From Vicugna vicugna (Eukaryota), in contig MU058221.1 in assembly GCA_013265495.1 (NCBI GenBank), positions 2,542,001 through 2,606,000 of the forward strand: a DNA stretch of 64,000 bases, written 5' to 3'. The stretch's first letter is position 1. Each line of letters starts with the position of its first letter. The position numbers and the translations under genes were made by a program. The notes under the pieces are model-generated. The model searched no databases. It was not told the DNA's origin and saw nothing but the letters and a program-made list of their open reading frames with translations. Of this stretch, positions 1 through 9,770 are shown in pieces.

Positions 1-99
1 TCCTGTTCTCTGGAACCACTTCTGAATCTCTCACTGGCACCTTGAGAATGCCTTTGAGTTATTTAGCATGAATCTCTGTGGTTCTTCTTTTCTCTCTCT

Positions 100-1050
100 T
101 TTTTTTTTTTTGTTAAAGTCAAATGGAGATTTCGCTGATGAGGTTAAGTTAGATAAAATGTGGGCCCTGCCTTGAGTATTCTTAGATCTGGGGTGCAGGG
201 GGGTAACAAAGCAGTGTGAGTCATTCTATGGCAGAGATATAAACAAGGACTGCGGATGGAGAAATTTCCCTGGCTAATTGAGCAAGGACAGTCCGAGGAG
301 CTAGGAGGAAAGGAGGAGGGGTTGACCAGATAGACGGAGGGAGGCCACTCCAATCTGTAGGCAAAATCTGTGAAAAAAAAAATCACAAGGGTTTTTGAGA
401 TGCTTAGGGTGTCCAGAGCACAGGCAAGAAAGAGAGAGAGGAATGAGGAGAGATGAGACTGGACTGTTTGCTCAGAGCCAGGGTGGGAAGACTTTCAACC
501 TGGACTGTGATAAATGTGGGTAGAAGGGATAAAATTCTGATGATGGTCTTGAACATGAAGGGCAGGGAAAAGGCAGCTGAAAGCACGGAGCGCAGCTGGG
601 GGCCCCACACCCGCTCAAGGGAGACACCGCGTGCAACCGTCTGTGTTAGCACTGGAGACGGACAGGCCAGGGCGAGTGCAATAGTAGTTCTATAACGGGG
701 TTGACGATCTTTCCAATGGTACTTTTCCCCAAGAAATAACTGAAGATGATTTCAGGTGAATGGACTGATTTGGGGTAGATGGGAGGTAAAGAAGAATAAG
801 ATGTGAGAGAAAAAACTAACAGTTAGAACTAAGAGGCAGCAGTAAGAGATGTGGACGGAGGTCACACCTGGACTTGGAGATCAGGGACTCCCTCGTGTTT
901 GGTCGTTAGGGCGGTGGCAGTGGATGCAAATCCTCAGAGAGACAGGTTAGAATCGAGCTGATGCGCAATCAGAAGTCTCCGTGGTCTGGTTTAGTAACGT
1001 GGACGTGGGAAGCGGCTGGGGGACTGGCTATCTGCAGAGTGCACGGTTCT
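100..1050 (-). mobile_element. Degenerate LINE-2 (L2) fragment
   Basis: Long purine-rich, highly diverged stretch with L2-like antisense texture; family assignment by eye only. Confidence 0.4.
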
Positions 1051-1104
1051 ATTAAAGGCTTCCAGACATTCGCTGATTTTTGAAGAATCCTATTCTATTG
1101 GTAA

Positions 1105-1140
1105 GGAAGCGAGCGTGCAGACGGAAGCGAGCGTGCAGAC
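1105..1140. repeat. Perfect 18-bp tandem duplication (GGAAGCGAGCGTGCAGAC x2)
   Basis: Directly visible: 1105-1122 and 1123-1140. Confidence 0.95.
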
Positions 1141-1719
1141 CTTTTTCAGCTTGTGGAATACCAGTTGGGAAAAGCTCCTTTTCAAATGATGACTCCCAAC
1201 TTGGAAGAACAGGAGGGAGCAGAAGAGGTGGAGAGCCCCTCCACAGGAGCCACAGGGTGAGGACCCCGGGCCCCGTCCCTGGTGAGCAGCCATGACCAGG
1301 CAGTCACGGCCGTGAGACTGGGAGGAGCAGGTACTTCACGTGGCCGTGAAAAAGAAACAATATGGTTGCGATTGATAGGATTTGAGAGAAGCCCAGGTGG
1401 TCGAGGACCACCAAGAGTGGGAGAGGCTGCCCAGCAGCGGGGAAACTCGCAAAGGAGAAGCCCAGTGAGGCGCTGTCGGTCTGAGGCCTCTGGGGCCACG
1501 ACTGCCTGCTGTTGCGTGTGTCCGCCCCCAAGAGCGTTTGCCCCTGGCCTCTCCTGTCAAGTGTAAGGTCATCCCTTTGTAAGTGGGCCTTGCATTACCC
1601 TCTTGAACCTGAAACAAGGTGCCCCCTGGAGAGCATGTCCTTCCGAATGTAATGCTGCATCTGCATTTTTGCAGAAGAATCTGAGACACTGAGTAACGTA
1701 CTGCGAGGGGCTGTTGACA

Positions 1720-1835
1720 TGTCTGACTCTGTGCTGAGTTGAAAAGTGTCCCGCCAGTGACCAGCTGCGTGACCTGGGCAAGTGACTTAAATTCGAAGCT
1801 GTATTCAACATAGCAAAATGAAGGCTAAAAATACA
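1720..1835 (+). mobile_element. MIR SINE fragment
   Basis: Core motif agctgcgtgacctgggcaagtgacttaa...aaaatgaagg. Confidence 0.6.
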
Positions 1836-2089
1836 TTTGATTAGAATAATAGAAAAAGTTCAAATTCTATTACAATAGCTATGTATATCATTTACATTAT
1901 TAGACACGTTTTGTTTAATGTTATTTATATGTTATTTTCATATAGTGTATACTAATAAATTCACACGTATCATTTCTATTATATAAGGCTAAAATTCTAC
2001 CGCCTAGAGAGAAGACAAGAACGGAAAGGAATTATAAGCACAGATGGCTTCACGCACCTCTGACTTAAACGCTTACTGCGCCTTCTGAA

Positions 2090-2510
2090 GTATCAGTTCA
2101 GATTTTAGAGGCTGCATGAAAACAAAACAAACAAAAACCTTGGTGGTTAAAACAACATCATTTTGTTTAGTGCCAGGTCCTGTGTGTTGGGTCAGGAGAT
2201 GTTCTGTGTGGGCCAGCGGGCTGTTGGCAGGGGCCAGCTGACTACAGGTTGGGGCACCTGGCTTCTCTTCCGTGTCCCAGCTCCCCGCCCTGCCCCTCCA
2301 GCAGGTGGCCCGGGTGCAGCCGTGTGGTAACTGCGGGGTTCTCAGAGCAGCAGGCCAGACGTGTCTCAGTGCACAAGCACCTTTCAGGTCTCAGCTCCTG
2401 CCAAACTGCTCTTACCTGTTGACCAAAGCTACTCCGCGTGCTCATCCTGACTCAGGGAGTGGAGAAAGAGGCTCCCTCTCCACGTGCGAGGGGAAGAATT
2501 TGTGATTTTT
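2090..2510 (-). mobile_element. MLT1-type (ERVL-MaLR) solo LTR, old
   Basis: tatcagtt...aaaaccttggtggttaaaacaacatcattt...gactcagggagtggagaaagaggctccctctc resembles older MLT1 subfamilies. Confidence 0.6.
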
Positions 2511-2599
2511 GCAGGTTAAATAAAATGTGACTATAACTGTAAGTGCTAAGTGCTCTGAAGTGATTTTTATGTCTCCACCCACGTGACCCAAACAACACC

Positions 2600-2756
2600 T
2601 TCTATAAACCCCAAGGGCCAGCAGCACAGACATCACCTGGAGCTCGTTACATGTGCAAACTCCCCGTCTCTACCTAAGATACACATGAACCAGAATCTAC
2701 ATTTTGACAAGACCCCCAGGTGATTCATAAGCCCTAGAAGGGTTCAGAAGCACTGA
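2600..2756. mobile_element. MER5A-like hAT-Charlie MITE
   Basis: ccagcagcacagacatcacctggagctcgttacatgtgcaaa...gaaccagaatctacattttgacaagacccccaggtgattc...agaagcactg. Confidence 0.75.
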
Positions 2757-3239
2757 ATCTTTTCTCTGTTCTTCATAATTCCCTTTTCGCAGTTGCTCTG
2801 TTCTCCTGTTGAGCGATAGATCTTTGATTTTTTTAAAGGTGCCAGAACTGTTTCCTCTGCACAATTGAAACAGAACAAACACAGGTTTCAACAGTAAAAC
2901 AGGTTGCTTCACAGCGTGAACAGCGACACAGAGAGAGGGTATAACATTTTTCCGCTCAGTTGTCCTTTGCCTATGAAAATAGACATTGCAAATGAAAATA
3001 ACAGTACATAAATATTAGAGAACATGGCATTTAACGAGGAAGCCCCATTCAGGTGTGGGGGCAATTTTTAAAGTAGAAATAGCTTTGCACGTACTGACTT
3101 AAACTGACCGTTGGCATCCCTGAACGGTTGCTGAACTGCACCTTGCTTTTCTGAAGGTGGGAAGATGGATGCTCCGATCTTCAGACCACAAGTTAAATAT
3201 CTCCAGAACGTGTCCCAGTCCCTCGGACTTTATACAAGT

Positions 3240-3523
3240 AATAAGACCGACAGAATTTATTTGGCATCAAGTATGTACGGGCCACTGGTCGAAATTTGTA
3301 GGAAATGACGTGCACGGCAATTTGCCGGATTCCCTTCATTTCGACCCCAGAAGTGAGGAGGGAAGGGAGAATCCAAGGCTGAGCTCTCCACAGTGCTGTT
3401 CACCAGCTGAGGACAAACGGGCTCTAAAGGGCTGAGCTTTTCTCAGTTGTTGACTTTCTTTTAAGTGAAGGAACCTGGTTACAACGTCCAAGACGCTCCT
3501 CTGCTTGGCCTTTCACTGCAAGG
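3240..3523 (-). other. Putative exon 4 of an unannotated spliced minus-strand transcript (3' boundary uncertain)
   Basis: Strong acceptor on minus strand tttcttcctctctcttttccccccattcag|CCT (AG at 3525-3524); AATAAA on minus strand at 3261-3256; alternative donor-like GTACGT near 3094. Confidence 0.45.
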
Positions 3524-3780
3524 CTGAATGGGGGGAAAAGAGAGAGGAAGAAATTTTGCCTCAAAACCCACCGCTGTCATTCCCGATGGGGTTTGGGGTT
3601 TTTTTTTTTCGGAACAGGGTAACTTCTTCTCTGAGGCATAACTGACACACTTTTAAACGTATATGCTTCGCGGTCCTGTTCTTGTCGATCAGTCAGCCCG
3701 CCAGTCAGGGGTTACGAAGTGCCTGCTGAGCACTTCCTCTGTGCAGGCGTGTTCTCATCTGTGAACAAGACTGAGTAACT

Positions 3781-4015
3781 TTGGGTGCAGCCACTATGGA
3801 AGACAGTATGGAGCTTCCTTAAAAAACTAAAAATAGAGTTACCATATGATCCAGCAATCCCACTCCTGGGCATATATGTCTGGAGGAAACTCTAATTCAA
3901 AAAGACACCTGCACCCCAATATTCATAGCAGTGCTATTTACAACAGCCAAGACATGGAGACAACCTAAATGTCCATCAACAGATGACTGGATGAAAGATG
4001 TTGTATATATATGTA
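3781..4015 (+). mobile_element. L1 fragment (end of ORF2 region)
   Basis: ggtgcagccactatggaa...aaaactaaaaatagagttaccatatgatccagcaatcccactcctgggcata...aacctaaatgtccatcaacagatg; followed by a TA-rich repeat. Confidence 0.92.
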
Positions 4016-4141
4016 TACCATATATATATATATGCATTCCAATATATTAATTACATTTATTCCTTAAATTTCTATGAGATCCTATCACTTTCCCAATATA
4101 TTCATGGAAATCAAGGCATCAAAAATCTAAGCCACCTGAAC

Positions 4142-4377
4142 ACAGCTGGTCCTGGTGATGAGAGCTTTTTCTACGTGCCCTAGATCCAGGTATGGGGCAA
4201 CTAATTCCTATGGGAGGGCTGGATGCCAGCCAGCCGTTTGGCTGTGGAAAAGCCAAACTGGATTCCTCTACAACCACCTCTTTCCCCAGGGGAGTAGATC
4301 CAGCCAAAGAGAAGACGGGACCATTTAAACCTTCCTCCTGGATTCCCACCCCTCGAGGCCCCTCCGACCATCTGTTG
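4142..4377. repeat. Unclassified ~235-bp element, copy 1 (direct repeat of 6051-6278)
   Basis: Aligns end to end with 6051-6278; shared exact blocks CTACGTGCCCTAGATCCAGGTATGGGGCA and TGGCTGTGGAAAAGCCAAACTGGATTC; ends ACAGCTGGTC...GACCATCTGT are inverted repeats (9/10). Confidence 0.9.
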
Positions 4378-4958
4378 CTGTGTGCGCGGAGAAAGAACAG
4401 AACGGAACAGCGACAACCACACACATTCAGAAATCCCATTTTGTCTGTGGGAGTCTGGATTCCTCAACAAGTTCCTTAAACGCTCTGCGCGCTTACACCA
4501 CCAGTCTAAACATAATCCGGTGAAGTCATGAGACTAGGTGACGCTCCGCTGTGTGAGGCTGCGACGCAGTGTCTAAATTCATCGTGTGCTGCTTCCTCGT
4601 AAGCGTCTTCTGCTTCAGGTCGGGTGTTTTTTCCAACATCCTTTGAGTATATAAGGCTCTCTTCCGTATTTTATAACCTCTACGTTGTCCCTCTTATTCT
4701 CACCTCTGTTGAACCCCACCTCCTTTGCAAGGGCTTCCGCCCTCCAGACTACTCACTTATCCAGCCACAAATCCCTGTAGCCACGCATCCATTCAACAGC
4801 CACCTGGTGGGTACGTACTCTGTTCCATTACCTGTGCTAAGTACCAGGACACGTAAACGATTTTGGAAAGTACTCCATCCTTTGGAGAGCTCCTTCATTA
4901 GTGGGGAGTCACACTTCCAGAAGTCCGTATTAATCCCTCCTTTCTTTGAATGGCTTAC

Positions 4959-5417
4959 CCCTCTGCTATAATGCTGTCTGAAATTTTAAAGATAGGCAAT
5001 TCTCGGAAAGACTTTGATTTCATCTACTTGGCTTCAGTATAATTGGTGTTTGAAGGACGTTTGGAATTTGGAATGTTTTTCATGGAATTCAACAACTTCC
5101 TTTCAATATAATTGCCTAACAAGGGTGGGTGGATACCAACCAGTTTCTTGTTGTTTTTGTTGCAAACAGCTAAACAGTTGTTCGAAAAAATGAATCTGGC
5201 ATATGGCCAAACTGCCACATCTCTTTGAACCCAAAGTTTGTTTCATTATGTAATATGGTGAACAGCACATCTCTCCTAGAGTCATTATGAACACTGCAAA
5301 GGCTTCAGAGGTCTTTTTGAGATCCAAGTGTACCGCTCAGGGTATTATTCAACCAAGGTGGAAAGCAAAGGACTGTTTACTTTGATGGTTTTTTTGCTCT
5401 TCCAGAATCCCTGAGGG
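4959..5417 (-). other. Putative exon 3 of the minus-strand transcript
   Basis: Acceptor ctgcttttctttttcag|CCC (exon starts 5417) and donor GGG|gtaagc (exon ends 4959); repeat-free; one frame is open from 5242 to the donor except for a single TAG. Confidence 0.55.
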
Positions 5418-6050
5418 CTGAAAAAGAAAAGCAGTACTGTGTGACTTTGGTGATGTGGATTTAGCAAGGCTGTATCTGGGTCTCCAGTTCCAGAATTCTC
5501 TCCACTCTGATTCCACTGCCACCTAGAACATCATCCCGGCTGTCATAAGCCTTCTTGATTTATAAACTAGATGGCATTTACCACCCACCTGACTGCAGTT
5601 GGTGTCAGGAGGGTTAAAATGAAACATATTCAGAAGCCTTCCAGATTTTTTGATGTTCTGGATGAAGACAGTAACAACTCATGAACTGAGTCCCTTTTGT
5701 AGCAGGGAGAGTGTCTTCCTGTAGCCTGCTGGTAAGAAATGAGGCAAGCCCCCCCCCCCCGCCCCAGCTGTTTCAGGAACAGACAGGGGAGGAAATGCAT
5801 GTTAAAAAGGAATAATCAGAATGTCAGGGAATCATTTTGCTTTGATTCTGAGATTTAGCTACTGTCTCAATCTTGGTAATTACTTTTCATCCATTTAATA
5901 ATTTTAAACAACTCAAAGACACGTGTATACATTAATGATCAGGACCTGTTTCTCCATTTATAAAATGGGATTAATGTTCTTGTTTTATAAAACAACTTTT
6001 AAAAAATAAACTTGCTGATCCATATACAGTTCATTTTAAAGTTGCATTCT

Positions 6051-6278
6051 ACACCTGGTCCTGGTGATAAGAGATGTTCCTACGTGCCCTAGATCCAGGT
6101 ATGGGGCAGCTAAGATCTATGTGAGGGCTGGATACCAGCCAATGGCTGTGGAAAAGCCAAACTGGATTCTTGCACAACCATCCTTTTCTCCAGAGTAGAC
6201 CCAGCCAAAGAGAACGTGGGGCACTTCAAACCTTCCTCCCGGATTCCCACTCCTTGCGGCCCCTCTGACCATCTGTTG
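6051..6278. repeat. Unclassified ~230-bp element, copy 2
   Basis: Direct repeat of 4142-4377 with two small deletions; roughly 80-85% identical by eye. Confidence 0.9.
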
Positions 6279-6699
6279 TCATTATCATTGTCATTTTTCT
6301 GGCATTTAGCATTGTCATTCCCTTCTTTGGCCAACAGGCCATTTCCCAGCAAAGTGGGGGATGTATATTGGAAGAAAGCGTCAGTGTGCTGAAGTTTACC
6401 AGCTGTTTTTCTCCTTTGACTCCAGCAGCCCTGGTACCTACCTGTAGGACCGAACTACGGGTTTCCTTCTATAAATTGTGAAACAGCTGTTTGCCTCACT
6501 GAGTGGTTAAGGAACAGACAGAATATTTGAGGTCACCCCCAGGTAACTGCCATGTGGAGGTATGGTCCAGACTTACTTTCATTTATTATTATTATTTTAT
6601 TCCTTATCGAGTGTGGTGTGCAGAGAGGCTACTAAAAAATTACTTGATTAAACTCAGACTTAATTATTAATATTAGGCCTAACAGTTATTAGTGTCTTT

Positions 6700-7005
6700 T
6701 CACTTCTGCACGATCATTTTTGAGTATTTTAAAGTCAATCATACATCTCACAAATGCTTACTCCTAAACATTTTTTAGTAGCTGCCTCAAAAAAAGGAAC
6801 TTTTTAATAACCATAATACCATTATCACACCTTAGCAAATGGAAGATAATTCCCTAATATTACTAAAATACACAGTCCAGATTCGGATATCTCCAATTAT
6901 TCCTCAAATTCCTTTCTTTTCTTCTCTCTCTCTCTCTTTTTTTTTTTTTTTAAGTAGATTGGTTTGAATCAGGATCCAAAACATGGCTCCACATTTCACT
7001 TCATT
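6700..7005 (-). mobile_element. Old L1M (L1MC-like) 3' fragment
   Basis: ataaccataataccattatcacacct...aattccctaatatt...cagtccagattc...gtttgaatcaggatccaaaaca. Confidence 0.6.
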
Positions 7006-7924
7006 AGGGAGGTGGTGTCTCTGAGGGGGCAGAGAGGGGGGATAATGGTTGGAATTCCTCTGAGTCCCCCAGCATGTGCCACCATCAGTATTCATCCACT
7101 CATTCAAATATTTAATTATTATTTTTTATGTGCTAGCCTCTGTGGCAGATATAAAGATACATTTGGCATAGTAGGTTTTTTTTAACATACTCATGTATGC
7201 AAATGAATAAAAGAAACAATTTAAGAAAAGTCCATAATTGACATAACATAGAAGAACTTGAAAACCCACCAAGTGACCTATTTACCAAGGTTAGAACAGA
7301 ATGAAAAGGACTCCCGGAACAAGGAGGGAGCAGGACTTGAATCCAGGGTGTGGTGATTCCACATGGTGGGGGAGTGCGGGCGATGGCACTAGAGAAAACA
7401 AATTACGATGGTTCTCCAGGCACGGCTGGAGGTGAGGAGGTCCTGGACCACGTCTGACTGGTGGGAGCAGAAGTATTCCCAGCAGAGTATTAACTGGATA
7501 AAGTAGAGATGCTGGGGGACGTGCATAGAGAGACAAAGTGAAAGAAGTGTGTTAGAACCAACCAGTGGTGTCTCTTGAGTATGTTTCTTTATTAAACAAC
7601 ATATTTTAAAATAATTTGCGACATAGAATGATTCATACAATTTATGCAAATAGACTACAAGCAAGGATAAAGTACGGACTTCATCTTTCTTCGACTACAT
7701 CTCTTTTTAAAGCATATGATAGCGGACTTTTAAAAATCTGTCTTTTTTAATATATAAAAGTCTACATATTCCAGATCTTCACTGTGGTGAGGCTTATTGT
7801 TTATAAATGTGCGTCTACATGCACTGGTAGGCTCTGATGGATAATAAAATGCTAAATCACCAGTGGTGGGAAATATTAATGTACGTTTAGTGTTTACTAT
7901 GCCTGTATTTAATCAATAGCTTAC

Positions 7925-8226
7925 TTCTGCTAACATGCTTTGCGCGGCTGGCTCTAACATGGGAAGAAGTCTGTACTCTAGGAAAACCTGTAGCCCTTCT
8001 GAAGGTGCTCTACATTTTATATTCTCCTTTTTGGAAAGCTGTAGCAGGCTCCAGAGAAGTGTGGGCATTCCTCTTGGTTAGGGAGCAACGGCCGAACAAG
8101 TCATGATTTTCTATGTGGCTTCTGTGTCTTTTTTTGAAGATGATGCTTGAGACATTCCTGGTATGTGTAGCACTTCACAGAACCACTGTATCAGAACACT
8201 GAACTCTTTTCTTTTTTTTTTTTTCT
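7925..8226 (-). other. Putative exon 2 of the minus-strand transcript
   Basis: Acceptor ttttaatttgctctctag|AGA (starts 8226), donor GAA|gtaagc (ends 7925); no fully open frame. Confidence 0.4.
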
Positions 8227-8495
8227 CTAGAGAGCAAATTAAAACCTGCTAAGCATGCTTCATTCTCTTCTTTCTACTACCAGGCTTTTAAAAAATTATT
8301 ATTCGCTGGAGGAGCAGGAAAATGCCCAGCGGCTAAAACCAAGTATTCCAGGGGCTTCGGGAAGCCGCAGGTTTTCTGCGATGTGAAAGCAGACCCATGA
8401 ATGGGCACGTGTGTTCTGGGACTGGAGGGCGATTGTGCCGGCCGCAGGCCGCACGGCACGTAGCCACTTCGCTCAGAGCCCGGGAACCTACTTAC

Positions 8496-8640
8496 CATTG
8501 TCCTAGTAACACACAGCCCCGGCCCGCGTCGGCTGAGTCCCGGGCGGCAGGCCGCCCGCCGCCCCCGGGCGCCCGGGCCCCGCGCGCCAGCCGGGCCCCC
8601 GCGCAGCCGCGCTTCCTCCGCCCCAGCCCGGCGCGGCGCG
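8496..8640 (-). other. Putative first exon ending in ATG|gtaagt (5' end approximate)
   Basis: Minus strand GTTACTAGGACAATG|gtaagtagg: consensus donor at 8495-8490 inside the CpG island. Confidence 0.6.
8497..8510 (-). promoter_or_regulatory. RFX X-box-like motif GTTACTAGGACAAT
   Basis: Contains RFX half-site GTTACTAGG; overlaps the ATG at the exon end. Confidence 0.5.
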
Positions 8641-8641
8641 C

Positions 8642-8655
8642 GTTACCATGGCGAC
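8642..8655 (+). promoter_or_regulatory. RFX X-box GTTACCATGGCGAC
   Basis: Near-perfect match to the palindromic X-box GTTNCCATGGNAAC, in the core of the CpG island. Confidence 0.75.
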
Positions 8656-8947
8656 CGGAGATGCGTGTCAGGCCAGCCGGCTGCCGCCTCGTCGGGTTTC
8701 TGGGCTGGCTTCTCAGCAAGCGGGCGGGACTCTGACCACCGCCTGCCCACTGGGGGCCGAAGTCCAAAACCACCCTGAGCCCCTCGCCGTCCTGGTTCCC
8801 TGCACCGCCCCCCGCCCCCCGCAGCGGGCAGACGGCACGCCCCAGGGCTTCCCTCCGTGGTGCCCATCGCCGCTCCAAACGCCGCCGCAGGGCGTGCGAT
8901 GTGGGAGCGGGCCAAGCTGGGGCCACTTCTATCAGGAGGACGACCCT

Positions 8948-9070
8948 GGGGGGAAGGTGTAGCTCAAATGGTAGAGCGCATGCTTAACACGCATGAGGTC
9001 CTGGGTTCGATCCCCAGCACCTCCGCCAAAAACAAAACCAAACCAACAAAAAAACACAACCTAATAATAA
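8948..9070 (+). mobile_element. tRNA-Ala-derived SINE (Vic-1 type) with intact cloverleaf
   Basis: A box TAGCTCAAATGG, B box GGTTCGATCC, A-rich tail with AACCTAAT, approximate TSD AGGA..ACCCTGG. Confidence 0.85.
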
Positions 9071-9690
9071 GGATACCCTGGTTCTTGAAGACGAGCCACC
9101 TGCTTGAGGAGAAGTGGGTGCCGCGTCCAGGCTCCGCGCAGGCAGCATCCCCGCTGCCGCCCGCCGGTCGCATCTTCCCTGTCTCCGCCTTAGCCTGGCC
9201 CCACGTCTACCTGCACATCAGTGTCGCCTGCGGAGAGCTTCGGGGGGCTTCGGGGGCTGAGTTCCGTTAGGTTCCGAGGCTACCACCCAACCCCTCCGCC
9301 AGCTTCTGGTATAACAGAGCGAGGAGCGGGCCTGGGAACCTGCATTTTGAGGCGGATTCTCCAGGTTGATTCTTACACTCGTGCAAATTTCGGAATAATT
9401 GCCTGGATCTCCTTCCTTTCTTTCTCTTCACTTCGAGCTTTTCCCCTTGTCTCTTTCCTTCCGGCTTGCCTGCTGTCTCTCAAATTGACCTCCTCTTTCC
9501 TCTCTCCATGGCTCTCTCTGTCTCTCTCTGCCTGCCTGTCTCCCCTCCCCACCCCCCAACCCCGTTTCTCTTCCTCCCGCCCTTGTGTGCCAGGCAGTCC
9601 TACATGGGAGGTTGTGACCTCTGCCTTCGTACAGCATCAGGGTCTCTCATCTGTGACCTCTTTCTTGCCATTGGCCACACCTGCCAGCTC

Positions 9691-9770
9691 CTTTCTTTCT
9701 TTCCTCTCTTTCTTTCTCCCTCCCGTCCTTCCTTTCTTTTCTTTTTCTTTTTCTTTTTTTTTCCTCTTCT
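9691..9770. repeat. Polypyrimidine low-complexity tract
   Basis: ctttctttctttcctctctttc...ttcctcttct. Confidence 0.85.

Larger units (their letters stand above)
8360..9350. promoter_or_regulatory. CpG island / probable promoter
   Basis: Very high GC and CpG density (e.g. 8520-8660), GC-box ccccgccccc near 8808-8820. Confidence 0.85.

Noticed and set aside
4142..4377. Hammerhead/HDV ribozyme or a known snoRNA/scaRNA in the duplicated element
   Set aside because: Hammerhead core CUGANGA is absent (GTGATGA), the K-turn closing stem is poor, and it matches no RNA family I can recall. Left unclassified pending Rfam.
8204..8230. Strong + strand acceptor-like tract (poly-T...ctctag)
   Set aside because: No supporting + strand exon chain; explained as an A-run at the start of the minus-strand exon.
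8648..8962. + strand ORF starting at Kozak-like ACCATGGCG
   Set aside because: The ATG is the centre of the X-box palindrome; the ORF ends inside a SINE, with no donor site and no recognisable protein.
8360..9350. Assigning a known ciliary gene name (e.g. MAK) to the RFX promoter
   Set aside because: No downstream exon translates to any protein I recognise, so no symbol is given.
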